From: an uncultured Verrucomicrobiae bacterium
Lineage (GTDB): Bacteria; Verrucomicrobiota; Verrucomicrobiia; Chthoniobacterales; Terrimicrobiaceae
Assembly (NCBI GenBank): GCA_963706955.1
Contig: CAVPOC010000003.1
Span: 192,001 to 256,000, forward strand
Direction of reading: 5' to 3'
DNA: 64,000 bases
Positions 33,067 to 43,700 of the stretch are shown here, piece by piece. Each line of letters starts with the position of its first letter. Position 1 is the first letter of the stretch. The translations under genes were made by a program, and so were the position numbers. The notes under the pieces are model-generated. The model did no database searches and was not told the origin of the DNA. It saw nothing but the letters and a program-made list of their open reading frames with translations.

Positions 33067-34050
33067 ATGGAATACACGAAATTAGGAAACACCGGAATGG
33101 ATGTGTCTCGAATCTGCCTCGGTTGCATGGGGTTCGGGGACCCGGAGCGCTGGATTCACAAATGGGTGCTGACTGAGGAAAATAGCCGGCCGATCATCAA
33201 GAAAGCGCTCGAGCTGGGGATCAATTTCTTCGACACCGCCAACGTCTATTCCATCGGGAAGAGTGAGGAGATCCTCGGACGCGCCTTGAAGGATTTCGCG
33301 AACCGGGACGAAGTCGTCATTGCCACGAAGTTGCACGGCAGAATGCACGAGGGTCCCAATGGCGCTGGTCTATCGCGCAAGGCGATCCTGAGCGAGATCG
33401 ACCAGAGTCTCAAGCGGCTTGAGACGGACTACGTAGACCTCTACCAGATCCATCGCTGGGATTACCAAACCCCAATCGAGGAGACGATGGAGGCGCTCCA
33501 TGACGTAGTCAAGGCTGGCAAAGCCCGATACCTCGGTGCCTCAGCCATGTGGGCGTGGCAGTTCCAGAAGGCGCTGCACGTCGCCGAGAAACATGGGTGG
33601 ACCCGCTTTGTCTCGATGCAGGACCACCTGAACCTGATCTACCGCGAGGAGGAGCGGGAGATGCTGCCGCTCTGCCGCGAGGAGAAGATCGGAGTGATCC
33701 CATACAGTCCACTCGCAGCCGGACGATTGACGCGTGACTGGTCGTCGGAGAGCACGCTTCGGTCCGAGACCGATCAGATCGCGAAAAGCAAGTACGATGC
33801 GAGCGCCGAAACCGACCGGCAGGTCGTGGAACGGGTGGCGGAACTCGCGGAAAAGCACGGGGTTCCGCGCGTTCATGTCGCGCTTGCCTGGCTCTTACAA
33901 AAGAAACCGGTGACCGCGCCTATCATCGGGGCAACGAAGATCAGCCATCTGGAAAATGCCGCTGGCGCTCTGTCGGTAAGACTGACCCAGGAAGAGGTGA
34001 CCTACTTGGAGGAGCCGTATGTCCCGCATCACGTCGTCGGTCATCAGTAA
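33067..34050 (+). CDS. Aldo/keto reductase (YajO-like)
   Basis: LGNTGMDVSRICLGCM, FFDTANVYS, DYVDLYQIHRWD, PYSPLAAG. Confidence 0.93.
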   Translation: MEYTKLGNTGMDVSRICLGCMGFGDPERWIHKWVLTEENSRPIIKKALELGINFFDTANVYSIGKSEEILGRALKDFANRDEVVIATKLHGRMHEGPNGAGLSRKAILSEIDQSLKRLETDYVDLYQIHRWDYQTPIEETMEALHDVVKAGKARYLGASAMWAWQFQKALHVAEKHGWTRFVSMQDHLNLIYREEEREMLPLCREEKIGVIPYSPLAAGRLTRDWSSESTLRSETDQIAKSKYDASAETDRQVVERVAELAEKHGVPRVHVALAWLLQKKPVTAPIIGATKISHLENAAGALSVRLTQEEVTYLEEPYVPHHVVGHQ

Positions 34051-34249
34051 ATAGCGACCGGATCATCGGCATCACTCTTCGCTGTTCTCTTCCCAAGAGA
34101 TAAAAGCTTAAGAACTACACCCTATGAGAATTAATATTCCCACGGAAAACGCTTCCCATTCGTAGCATCGCTTTCGCGCTCCTCGTCGGGCGGTGCGCCC
34201 ACACACTTCCGCAACGGTTCTCGAAGTAAAAAGGGCGCACCGCTTTCCC

Positions 34250-34310
34250 GCAAGAATAAGACAGGCGCCGCAATCTCCCGCGGGCAGGCACCTGGGCTAT
34301 GGCCGATGGT
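34250..34310 (+). promoter_or_regulatory. Tandem AraC-type box 9 (class B) plus -10 GATGGT
   Basis: GCAAGAAT-N12-GCAATCTC-N27-GATGGT. Confidence 0.6.
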
Positions 34311-34594
34311 CGGCCAGCTGCAATTGCTCACGCTCGCAGAAAAGCCATCAAGAGGTCGAGGCAGCAACCAGGCTCTCTCCACGCAGGGGCTCAAGAGCAG
34401 TCTTGGATGCACGTCACATCGACGCTCCAATCACTCGCAGACGAGTTGCCTTCATCGTCATCAACAAAAGTGGGAGCGACGACTCGTGCCGTGAGGGAAG
34501 CAGGCGTGCATCGCTGAAGCGATTCGCAACGTCTTTCCTCTCTCAGCGATCTTTTCCGGAAATCTCTTCCGAGAATTGGATTATGTTAGATGCG

Positions 34595-35578
34595 ATGAAC
34601 CAGGCAACGCAGAAAACAATGAAGGCGATCGCCCTCGATCGTTTCGGCGGTCTTGAGACGATGAAACTACAAATGCTTCCCGTCCCCGAGGTCGGCCCCA
34701 ATGAGGTGCTGATTCACGTCGAGTGGGCCGGTGTGGGCCCGTGGGATCCGTTTGAGCGCGAGGGCGGATTCGCCAAGATATTCGGCATCGAGCCAAAGTT
34801 TCCCTACGTGCTTGGCTCCGATGGAGCGGGCACCGTTGAGGAGGTGGGCGATCGTGTGAAGGGCTTTACGCCAGGCGATCGCGTCTACGCTTTCGGCTTG
34901 GTGAATCCCAAAGGTGGTTTCTACGCTGAGTATGCCGCGGTTAAGGCGGAGGAAGTCTCACTCATTCCCGGCAAGCTCACGACCAGGCAGGCAGGCGCGA
35001 TGCCCGTGGATGCCATGACCGCGCTTCGTGGCTTGGATGACACGCTCGGCCTCCAGCCCGGTGAGTCGGTCATGATCTTCGGCGCCAGCGGTGGCATCGG
35101 CCACCTGGCGGTGCAGTTGGCCAAACGCATGGGCGCCCGTGTCTTCGCCGTCGCTTCGGGCAGCGACGGCGTCGCGCTCGCCAAGAGGCTGAGTGCCGAC
35201 GCGGTCATCGACGGTCATAAGGACGACATCGTCGCCGCCGCGCGTCAGTTCGCACCGGACGGACTCGACACGGCGCTGATCACCGCCGGGGGACCCGCGG
35301 CCGACGAAGCCCTTGCCGCCATGCGCGCGGGTGGACGCGTCGCCTATCCCAACGGTGTCGAACCCGAGCCCAAGTCGCCGTCTGGAATTAATGCCAAGGC
35401 CTACGACGGAATGCCCGACCCGCAGGCGATCGAGAAGCTCAATCGCCTTATCGAATCTGAGGGGCTACCGCCGTTCGAGGTCCATGTCGCGCGGAGCTTT
35501 CCGCTTGACCAAGCTACCGAAGCACATCGGGCACTCGACGAGCACTACCTCGGCAAGCTTGCTCTGCAAACCGCTTAG
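34595..35578 (+). CDS. NADPH:quinone reductase-like MDR oxidoreductase
   Basis: MKAIALDRFGG..VLGSDGAG..GFYAEYA..FGASGGIG; start moved to MNQATQK. Confidence 0.9.
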   Translation: MNQATQKTMKAIALDRFGGLETMKLQMLPVPEVGPNEVLIHVEWAGVGPWDPFEREGGFAKIFGIEPKFPYVLGSDGAGTVEEVGDRVKGFTPGDRVYAFGLVNPKGGFYAEYAAVKAEEVSLIPGKLTTRQAGAMPVDAMTALRGLDDTLGLQPGESVMIFGASGGIGHLAVQLAKRMGARVFAVASGSDGVALAKRLSADAVIDGHKDDIVAAARQFAPDGLDTALITAGGPAADEALAAMRAGGRVAYPNGVEPEPKSPSGINAKAYDGMPDPQAIEKLNRLIESEGLPPFEVHVARSFPLDQATEAHRALDEHYLGKLALQTA

Positions 35579-35729
35579 TTCGACGGGACGTCGCTGACCA
35601 AGTCCGCTGATACTCCGCAGGACCGTTTCGCGACGCAGCTTTTTAAAAGCCGGCAGCGCCGTCCTCGCCAGTCCGGCGATTCTTCGCGGCCAAGTCGACG
35701 CTCATTTAACCCAAACACCGCAGATCAAC

Positions 35730-36125
35730 ATGGAAATTAAAAGAGTTGGCTCACAACCATCCAGCAAAGGACCGGCCGATTGGTTTACCGGCACGGTACG
35801 CATTGATCCCTTGTTCCAAGCAAACCCGCCCGCCCGCGCCATCGGCGCCAGTGTTACGTTTGAACCGGGCGCACGAACGGCGTGGCACACGCACCCGCTA
35901 GGACAAACGCTGATCGTCACGGCCGGATGCGGTCGAGCGCAGCGCTGGGAAGGCCCGCTCGAGGAAATCCGGCCCGGCGATGTGATCTGGATCCCACCCG
36001 GCGAGAAACATTGGCACGGCGCTGCACCAACGACCGCCATGACGCACATCGCCATTCAGGAACAGCTCGACGGCAAGGCGGTCGACTGGATGGAAAAGGT
36101 CAGCGAGGAACAATACCAAGCTTGA
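35730..36125 (+). CDS. Cupin, copy 2 (in-frame Tat leader upstream lacks ATG)
   Basis: Near-identical to 31131-31637; upstream in-frame [24 protein letters not shown] from 35622. Confidence 0.9.
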   Translation: MEIKRVGSQPSSKGPADWFTGTVRIDPLFQANPPARAIGASVTFEPGARTAWHTHPLGQTLIVTAGCGRAQRWEGPLEEIRPGDVIWIPPGEKHWHGAAPTTAMTHIAIQEQLDGKAVDWMEKVSEEQYQA

Positions 36126-36186
36126 TGATCAATTAGGACTAGGTCCGGGATTTTGCTTCCTCTGTTCTCTGTGGTTCCTTCGGAGT

Positions 36187-36756
36187 TCATCCACGCGAGC
36201 GATCAGGCTTCGCGCCGAGAATCAGGTCGTTGGCATCCTGCCACTGCGGGGACTTGCCGGTTGCACGAGCCTCGAAACAGAGCCAATTCGACCCGGCGAC
36301 CTTGAGGAAATAACGCACCTTCGTCTGGTCGGCCCAAACGCTTTGGCGAGTTCCGTAGGCAGCTTTCACTCCGGTGATCGCCCCTGATGTCGAGACGCGG
36401 CGGGCATAGAGCACGCCAGCCTCTGCCGCGAGCGTCTCTGCCAAGGCCCGATCGTTGTCGGGCGGGGACGCGATGCGCCGAAGCGTCACCTCGATATCTT
36501 CCCCGACGAAGCGTGCCAGCGGACCGTTCGCCGAGCTCGCGAAGACCGAATAGCCCCATTTGGTTCGATTCAGCTTCAATGTTACCCCCGCAACATCGAC
36601 ATCCTCTTCGACCTTTGGCAGCTCAAAGGGATAGCTTGAACCCCCTCCAAAGCCCCCGAAGCCTCCGCCTCCCCCGCCTCCACACGCCCCGCCGGCACCG
36701 AGCAAAGGAGCGGAGATGCCACAACAGACCACCAGAGTGACAACACTTCTAAGCAT
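36187..36756 (-). CDS. Hypothetical secreted protein with Gly-rich linker
   Basis: Signal-like N-terminus, GGGGGGGFGGFGGG, 189-aa ORF filling the intergenic space. Confidence 0.6.
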   Translation of the reverse strand: MLRSVVTLVVCCGISAPLLGAGGACGGGGGGGFGGFGGGSSYPFELPKVEEDVDVAGVTLKLNRTKWGYSVFASSANGPLARFVGEDIEVTLRRIASPPDNDRALAETLAAEAGVLYARRVSTSGAITGVKAAYGTRQSVWADQTKVRYFLKVAGSNWLCFEARATGKSPQWQDANDLILGAKPDRSRG

Positions 36757-37514
36757 ACCTATACCCTAGCGCCAAGCCAAGACCCGCGCAACTCGCAAAG
36801 CAAAATCGGCCATTAAGACTCGCGTTCGCGGTTCTGTCGCCGTTCGCTTAAATTGGAATCCATTTGCGAATTGGTACGCGTCATGCACGCAAGCGTCTGG
36901 GCATTTCCGAGTGGAAAAGAGAGCCTCACTGCACGGTGATTCCGCTAATAACTTGCTTAGCGATTAGCAATATTCTTGAGCACATTTCCCGTCGGTTGGA
37001 TATTGATGTCAGGGCCCTACCCGCCCGATAGCTTTCGGAACGACTCCTAAGTGAACGGCGGCTCAGTATTCCACGACTAAACGTGATGATTAACGCGCGA
37101 ACACGCAGATCAGCAACGTTGTTGAAGAAGAGCACTTCTTCGCCAAAAACCCATTGACTTCCCCAGATCGGGCCGCATAGGTAGGCGTATCCTGGTACGA
37201 TGCGCTCCTCCTCCAGTAATAGTCACTTTATTCAAGATTCACACTGCGATGGCGCTGCGGTAACGTCCAGTCGCTCAACCGAAGATCGGCGAGGAAAGGT
37301 GCCTCTAGAGTATGGAGACACACACATCAGCATCGCCCGGCGTAGGCAGTGTCTTGGCAAGGCCGTCGACCCAGTCCCAAGTCGTCGTGATGCAGAGTCG
37401 TAGCGACACGTTGAGATCCTCTAAACGCCGACAGAGTGCCGAACAGATAAGTCTTGAGCCAGTTACGCGCAAACCTTACAGAGGCATTGCCCACCCCTTC
37501 AACCGAATCTCGCT

Positions 37515-39023
37515 GTGAACAAAGAAGCCCGAATCATCGTCGACTCCGATTTTAACATTTCCCAGCTCGATCGCCGCCTTTTCGGCTCGTTCGTGGAACA
37601 TATGGGACGCTGCGTTTATACGGGCATCTTTGAGCCGGGCCATCCTACCGCGGATGCCAACGGCTTCCGTGGTGACGTTCTCGATTTGGTCCGAGAGCTC
37701 GGCCCTACTATCATCCGCTATCCCGGCGGCAACTATATGTCTGGGTGCAACTGGGAAGACGGGGTCGGTCCGGTGGAATCCCGCCCACGCCGACTGGATC
37801 TCGCCTGGATGAGCACCGAGACGAACGCGTTTGGCACGAATGAATTTATCACCTGGTGCAAACTGGCCAACATCGAACCGATGCTCGGGGTCAACCTAGG
37901 GACCCGCGGACCGCACGAGGCCAGAGAATACCTCGAGTATTGTAATCATCCGGGCGGGACAAAGCTCAGCGATCTGCGGGCCTCCCATGGCTTCAAGGAA
38001 CCTCACGGGGTGAAGTTCTGGTGCCTGGGGAACGAGATGGATGGTCCCTGGCAGATCTGTAAGAAAACGGCCACGGAATATGGTCGTATTGCTGCCGAAG
38101 CGGGCAAGGTCATGAAATGGGTCGACCCTTCTATCGTGGTATCATCCTGCGGTTCTTCGGCCCGCTCGATGCCGACCTTCGGTGCCTGGGAATACGAAGT
38201 GCTCGACCATACCATGGACATTACCGACTTCGTTTCTCTGCACATGTATTACGAAAACCCACTCGGTGATGTGCAGGAGTTCCTGGCCAACGTCGAGCTG
38301 ATGGACCACTTCATCAAGGAGACCATTGCGGTCTGCGATGCGGTCGCGGCAAAGCGCAAATCCCTCAAGCGCGTCATGCTTTCCATGGACGAGTGGAACG
38401 TCTGGTACAAAGCGCGCGCGGGCGAGCACATGGCAAAGCCAGGGTGGCCAGTGGCGCCTCCATTGATCGAGGAAATCTACGACCTGCAGGACGCTCTCAT
38501 GGTGGGAGGAGCTCTCATCACCCTTCTCAACAATGCTAACCGTGTAAAGGTGGCTTGTCAGGCGCAGCTCGTCAATGTGATCGGATTGATCTTCTCCGAA
38601 CCGGGTGGCCCGGCCTGGCGCCAGACGATCTTTCATCCCTTCAAGATCGTGGCCGAGCACGCACATGGCAGCGTGCTTGAGGTAAAGGTCCAGTCCGACC
38701 AGCACGAGACGAAGACCGCCGGGGTTGTCGATGACATTGTCGCCGCCGCCGTGCACGACGTCGCCAAAAGTAAGGTCGCCTTCTTTATCCTTAACCGCGA
38801 AGCAAACGGCGCTGTTGAGGTGTCGCTCGACTTACATGGGTTCCCGCCGGCAACCGGATGCTCCGCCGTGGCGATCTCGGGTCCGGATCTTCTCGCGACC
38901 AACTCCGCAGCAAAGCCAAACAGCATAGTTCCCAAGGAACACAACGAATTTTCCGTAAAAGACGACAAAGTTGTCGCGAAATTGCCTCCAATGTCGTGGA
39001 ATATGCTCTCAATCTCGTACTAA
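37515..39023 (+). CDS. abfA: Alpha-L-arabinofuranosidase, GH51
   Basis: FGSFVEHMGRCVY, RYPGGN, WCLGNEMDGPWQ, DEWNVW, AQLVNVI. Confidence 0.95.
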   Translation: MNKEARIIVDSDFNISQLDRRLFGSFVEHMGRCVYTGIFEPGHPTADANGFRGDVLDLVRELGPTIIRYPGGNYMSGCNWEDGVGPVESRPRRLDLAWMSTETNAFGTNEFITWCKLANIEPMLGVNLGTRGPHEAREYLEYCNHPGGTKLSDLRASHGFKEPHGVKFWCLGNEMDGPWQICKKTATEYGRIAAEAGKVMKWVDPSIVVSSCGSSARSMPTFGAWEYEVLDHTMDITDFVSLHMYYENPLGDVQEFLANVELMDHFIKETIAVCDAVAAKRKSLKRVMLSMDEWNVWYKARAGEHMAKPGWPVAPPLIEEIYDLQDALMVGGALITLLNNANRVKVACQAQLVNVIGLIFSEPGGPAWRQTIFHPFKIVAEHAHGSVLEVKVQSDQHETKTAGVVDDIVAAAVHDVAKSKVAFFILNREANGAVEVSLDLHGFPPATGCSAVAISGPDLLATNSAAKPNSIVPKEHNEFSVKDDKVVAKLPPMSWNMLSISY

Positions 39024-39060
39024 CCATCTCCGTCAACTTTAACTCAACCCCCAACATTCT

Positions 39061-40368
39061 ATGAAACGACTCCTCTTACACGTGGTCGGATGTCTTGCGT
39101 ATCTGACGTTGGCCCAAGCTGCTCCAGTTGAAATCACTTATTGGGACTTTTTTGGCGGCGGCGATGGCATCCGGATGAAGCAAATAGTGGAGGAATACAA
39201 CAAGAGCCAGCAAGAGGTCCGCGTCACCCAGACGACCCTTACCTGGGGCGAGCCGTTCTACACCAAAGTCCACACCGCGGTGGTGGCCGGGCAGACCCCC
39301 GATGTGATGAGCTATCACCTCTCGCATTTTCCGGCAGGAATCGCTGCGAAAGATCTAAGACCGATTACCGCAGAAGAACTCTCCCAAGCCGGGCTAAAGG
39401 AATCGGACTTCCAGCAATCGGTCGTCGAGAGATCACGCGAGGCGAGCAAGAAGTTTGGACAAAGCGAAGAACTCTTCGGCATTCCACTCGATATCCACAC
39501 GCTGGTTCTCTACTACAATAAGACCGTCTTGCAGAAAGCCGGTGTCTTGGACCCCCAGGGCAAACCGATGGGACTCGAGAACCTCGATGCCTTTAAAAAG
39601 ATGCTCGCCCAAGTGAAGGAAAAGGCTAAGTTAACGCCGATTGCTTTCTCGAGCGCTCCGACCGATCAAGCCTCAACCTGGCGCGCCTGGTACACCTTCT
39701 TCAAACAGCAAAAGGGGGATTTCCTCAAGGACGGACAACTCTCCTTTGCGGATATGCCAAACCAGGGAAAGACATCTCTGCAGACCCTCGTGGACATGGC
39801 CGAAGCCGGACTGATCACGAAGAATACGGCTTACCCTGCGATGGTGGCGCTCTTCAGCTCCGGCCGCACCGCCTTTATGATCAATGGCAACTGGGAGGTT
39901 CCCACCGTTGTTGATTTGCAGAAAAATGGAAAGCTGCCCTTCGACTATGGAATTGTCGCTTTCCCGAAGCTGTTTGACAATCCCGACACCTGGGGTGATG
40001 CGCATACGCTGGCGATTCCAAACAATGCCAAAACTCCGCCAACCCCGGAAAAAGTCGCCGCCGCCCTGAAGTTTATCGCCTATGTCGTCAAGCAACCGGC
40101 CTGGGCGGGCGGAGGCCACATCCCGGCCTATCTGCCGCTTCAGGAAAGCGCGGAGTACAAGCAAATGCAGCCAAACAATCAGTATAGTGCGGACGCTGCG
40201 GCGCACGTGGTCCTCGAGCCGGTCCTGCCGATTTTCGGAGTCGGCAGCCCAACCTTTGGCGCGGTAGCTAATTTCCTCATCCCGACGATCAACGGGCAAT
40301 TGCCGGTCGATAAGGGAATCACCCAGTTTACTGCCGAGCTGGAGAATTTTGCTAAGAAACAGCAGTAA
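39061..40368 (+). CDS. Carbohydrate ABC transporter substrate-binding protein (CUT1)
   Basis: Signal peptide; WDFFGGGDG, GIPLDIHTLVLYYNK, AFMINGNWE. Confidence 0.9.
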   Translation: MKRLLLHVVGCLAYLTLAQAAPVEITYWDFFGGGDGIRMKQIVEEYNKSQQEVRVTQTTLTWGEPFYTKVHTAVVAGQTPDVMSYHLSHFPAGIAAKDLRPITAEELSQAGLKESDFQQSVVERSREASKKFGQSEELFGIPLDIHTLVLYYNKTVLQKAGVLDPQGKPMGLENLDAFKKMLAQVKEKAKLTPIAFSSAPTDQASTWRAWYTFFKQQKGDFLKDGQLSFADMPNQGKTSLQTLVDMAEAGLITKNTAYPAMVALFSSGRTAFMINGNWEVPTVVDLQKNGKLPFDYGIVAFPKLFDNPDTWGDAHTLAIPNNAKTPPTPEKVAAALKFIAYVVKQPAWAGGGHIPAYLPLQESAEYKQMQPNNQYSADAAAHVVLEPVLPIFGVGSPTFGAVANFLIPTINGQLPVDKGITQFTAELENFAKKQQ

Positions 40369-40383
40369 GATTCGAGCCGCGAT

Positions 40384-41280
40384 GTGAGTTCGAAATCCGA
40401 CGTTCGGGCTGAGGTGCTTGCGCCTAAAAGACGTTACAAGCTGCCGAGCGCCTGGCTGTTTGTCGCTCCCTTTCTGCTCTTTTACGTCGCATTCCTCATC
40501 TATCCGGCGATTCAGGTTGCCTATCTAAGCTTTACCAACTCCGACATCACCGGACAGGGCAGCTTTGTTGGACTGCAAAACTATATCGAGTTGATACGCG
40601 ACCCTGATTTCTGGGCATCATTGTGGCACACCCTCTATTTTATTCTCCTTACGGTCGTTCCTAATACCGCCGTGGGTTTTCTGCTGGCGCTTCTCGTTGT
40701 CCGGCTAAAACGGTTGCAATTGCCCATTTTGGCGGCCTTTTTCCTTCCCTACGTCCTGCCGGTCAGTGTAGTGACCACGGGCGCGCTCTGGCTGCTTGAT
40801 ACGAACTTCGGCATCATCAACTATCTGACTGGCAGCATGATTTCCTGGTTTCAGGATCCAAATTGGGCCATGCCGGCGGTGGCGATCGTGACCATTTGGT
40901 GGACGGTGGGATTCAATATGCTCCTCTTTATCTCCGGACTGCACAACATCTCCCCGGACGTTTACGAGGCGGCGGCGATTGATGGAGCCAACCGGTGGCA
41001 TCAGTTCCTCTACATCACCTGCCCGCTTATTTGGCCGGTGGCGAGCCTGGTTCTCCTCCTTCAGCTGATCGCTCAGTTCAAAATTTTCGATCAGGTCTAT
41101 CTGCTGACTCAGGGAGGACCATACAACTCCACGGTTGTCGTCCTCCTCTACATGTATCGCCAGGCATTCCAACAGAACCGTGGTGGCTATGCCGCGGCGG
41201 TCGCCGTGGCTCTGCTCATCATTATGCTCATCGGAACGGCCGTCGCCTTCCAGGCCATGCGAGGGAGACGTTCTAAGTGA
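40384..41280 (+). CDS. Carbohydrate ABC transporter permease
   Basis: FVGLQNY; EAA loop YEAAAIDGAN; FDQVYLLTQGGP. Confidence 0.92.
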   Translation: MSSKSDVRAEVLAPKRRYKLPSAWLFVAPFLLFYVAFLIYPAIQVAYLSFTNSDITGQGSFVGLQNYIELIRDPDFWASLWHTLYFILLTVVPNTAVGFLLALLVVRLKRLQLPILAAFFLPYVLPVSVVTTGALWLLDTNFGIINYLTGSMISWFQDPNWAMPAVAIVTIWWTVGFNMLLFISGLHNISPDVYEAAAIDGANRWHQFLYITCPLIWPVASLVLLLQLIAQFKIFDQVYLLTQGGPYNSTVVVLLYMYRQAFQQNRGGYAAAVAVALLIIMLIGTAVAFQAMRGRRSK

Positions 41281-42107
41281 AATCGCACCGCTTTTCTTTT
41301 CTGCGTCTCACTTGCACCGTCTTGACCATCATCATGGCATTGGCGTGGCTCTTTCCCTTATATTGGATCCTGACGACCTCACTTACTGCGGAAAGCGACA
41401 CGATCGCGCTGCCGCCTTCTTTCGTCCCCATACCGCCGAACTTCGAGGCGTTTGCCTATGTCATTGAGAACAGCCCCATCTTCCGCTGGTACTTTAACAC
41501 CGTTCTGGTGGCATCGGTCATCACCGTCGTTTCTATTGTGGTATCACTCATGTGTGCATACGCCCTTTCGATCATGGAGTTCAAGGGCAAGGGGCTGATC
41601 AACGTATGGCTACTCCTCGGCTTCATGATTCCTTTTGGTGCGATGGTCATCCCGCTTTTCATGCTGATGAACCAGATGCACTTGGTGAACTCCCACTTGG
41701 GAGTTATTTTGCCGCAAATTGCGACGCCACTTTCGGTCATTGTTTTCAAACGATTCTTTGACCAGGTTCCTAAGGATTTTCGGGACGCGGCGACGATCGA
41801 CGGCGCCAACGATTTCCACGTTTTATTCAATATCTACATTCCACTCAACTGGAGCATCATCTGGGCGATGGCCATCATCACCTTTATTGGCGCCTGGAAT
41901 AACTTTCTCTGGCCATTTATTGTCACGAATTCGACGCCAATGCTGACAATTCCTGTGGGAATGACACAGGTGCAATCCGCCTATGGTGTGGCCTTCGCGA
42001 AAACATCGGCCGTCGCCGTCATGGCTTCCATTCCCACGGCGTTAGCATACATAATCTTTCAGAAACGGGTCACACAGGGAGTGGTTGCCGCAGCTGGTAT
42101 CAAGTGA
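41277..42107 (+). CDS. Carbohydrate ABC transporter permease
   Basis: DAATIDGA loop; WNNFLWP. Confidence 0.92.
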   Translation: MKSHRFSFLRLTCTVLTIIMALAWLFPLYWILTTSLTAESDTIALPPSFVPIPPNFEAFAYVIENSPIFRWYFNTVLVASVITVVSIVVSLMCAYALSIMEFKGKGLINVWLLLGFMIPFGAMVIPLFMLMNQMHLVNSHLGVILPQIATPLSVIVFKRFFDQVPKDFRDAATIDGANDFHVLFNIYIPLNWSIIWAMAIITFIGAWNNFLWPFIVTNSTPMLTIPVGMTQVQSAYGVAFAKTSAVAVMASIPTALAYIIFQKRVTQGVVAAAGIK

Positions 42108-42173
42108 GTGTGAGCATCTGGAGGGAAGCCCTCAAGGGCAAAGCCACCAATCACGCCTTGCGCGAATCGCAAT

Positions 42174-42266
42174 ATAGCGGCGGCGTCCCTGCCGCCGAGT
42201 AGTTGTAGCGACCGTGTCCCCACGGTCGGAAGGCTATCCTCGGCGGTGGGCCCACCGCCCGCTACA
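42174..42266. repeat. Cluster of three GTAG-type REP hairpins between convergent operons
   Basis: ATAGCGGCGGC..GCCGCCG; TGTAGCGACCGTG..CACGGTCG; inverted GGCGGTGG..CCACCGCC-CGCTACA. Confidence 0.65.
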
Positions 42267-42314
42267 ATCGTCAACCGCGAAGTCTTCTGCGGTGAAGACT
42301 CGAAGCTAGACTCC

Positions 42315-42819
42315 CTAAGCCTGCGCCGCGCCGATTTCCGTGGCCGCCGGCACTTCGATCAATTTGCCGGAACGGACGTCGTAAACGTAACCATAAATCG
42401 GTATTGAGCGTGGAACCAGCGGGTGATAACGAATACGAGCGACATCCGACGATACGCTGCTTGTCTCATCTTCGAAGGTGAGCCAGTTGACAAAGTCACC
42501 AGCATCCGATCCGGGACCTCGACCAACATCCTTCCATTCCCCATGATCGATTTGCGCGGTTTCGAGGCTGTTTCTCACATCACACCGATTGTGGAATGGC
42601 CCTACGGATGGCGTCATCGCTTGCGCGGCCGCCAGCATTTCGAATCACGTGCGCGTCTCCCTCACTTAGGCCCGCGTACTTGGCGGGATCAAGTCGAGCA
42701 TCCATGCACGTCAAAATTGCAAACCGCCGCGCTGGAGGCAGAGGGAGATTTCCCTTGGTCCCAAAGTTTTCAACGTAGTTCTTATTTGCTGCGAGGATTT
42801 CACTGAGAATTTGGCTCAC
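42315..42819 (-). pseudogene. Beta-carbonic anhydrase (clade D, COS-hydrolase-like), disrupted by internal deletion plus micro-inversion
   Basis: [35 protein letters not shown] then frame change to RNSLETA..GYVYDVRSGKL; the HHTDCGM segment is on the + strand at 42578-42598. Confidence 0.85.
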
Positions 42820-42845
42820 AATCAAATGCGGGTTGTTGCGATTGA

Positions 42846-43700
42846 CTATGCCGCAACGTCTGCCGATTCGACAAGCAACCGATCGCGACGAAAGTTGGCA
42901 CCTCTTCCTCGCATTTCTGTGGCAGCAGGGACACCGAGCATTTCTTCTCTCAAAAGATCCATGCAAGTGCGTTTCAGTTTCATGAAATCCTTCGAGACCA
43001 GTGTGTCGATGGTTCGAGGACGCGGAAGAGGCACATCGAAGAGCGCCTTGAGGCGGCCAGGCCGCCGCGTGAGCACAGCGACCCGCGAACCGAGATAGAT
43101 CGCCTCGTCGATATCGTGAGTGACGAACAAGACGGTCATTCCATATTCAGTCCACACTTGCAGGAGCAGTTCTTGCATCATCAGACGCGTCTGCGCGTCT
43201 AGGGAGCTGAAGGGCTCATCCATAAGCATGACCCGCGGCTTGTTCACCAAGACACGCGCCAGACCGACGCGTTGTTGCATGCCCCCGGAGAGCTGGGCGG
43301 GATAATGCCGCCCAAATTCGGAAAGACCGACCTTGCGGAGAATCTCACCAACCATCTGGTAGCGTTGGGCTCGCGGGACGTTCCGGAACTTCAAACCAAA
43401 ATCGACGTTCTGCCACACCAGTTTCCAAGGAAAGAGTGTGGGTTGTTGAAAAACGACGCCACGATCCGGTCCAGGTTTAACCACCTGCTCACCATCGACG
43501 CTTACCTCGCCAGCTTGGGGAGGCTGAAAGCCGGCGATTGTATTGATGAGGCTCGATTTGCCGCAACCGGAAGGTCCGAGGACAGAAAGAAAGTCGCCCG
43601 GACTTAACGTCAACGAGAGGCTTTGCAGTGCAGTGACGGCATTCCGCCCCTCGCCGAAGGCGAGCGTGACGTTCTCCAAAGCGATCGCGCCCCGACTCAT
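42846..43700 (-). CDS. ABC ATP-binding protein (SsuB/TauB/NrtD type)
   Basis: [23 protein letters not shown]; start MSRGAIAL. Confidence 0.93.
   Translation of the reverse strand: MSRGAIALENVTLAFGEGRNAVTALQSLSLTLSPGDFLSVLGPSGCGKSSLINTIAGFQPPQAGEVSVDGEQVVKPGPDRGVVFQQPTLFPWKLVWQNVDFGLKFRNVPRAQRYQMVGEILRKVGLSEFGRHYPAQLSGGMQQRVGLARVLVNKPRVMLMDEPFSSLDAQTRLMMQELLLQVWTEYGMTVLFVTHDIDEAIYLGSRVAVLTRRPGRLKALFDVPLPRPRTIDTLVSKDFMKLKRTCMDLLREEMLGVPAATEMRGRGANFRRDRLLVESADVAA

Noticed and set aside
34193..34594. 130-aa N-terminal extension of the quinone reductase ORF
   Set aside because: It runs through box 9 and its promoter; family similarity starts only at MKAIAL
36944..36968. GCTAAT-N13-ATTAGC inverted repeat upstream of the arabinofuranosidase operon
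   Set aside because: Single short occurrence, far from the gene, no cognate regulator in view
37140..37514. Riboswitch or ncRNA in the long leader of abfA
   Set aside because: No conserved aptamer motif or terminator recognised by eye; would need an Infernal/Rfam scan
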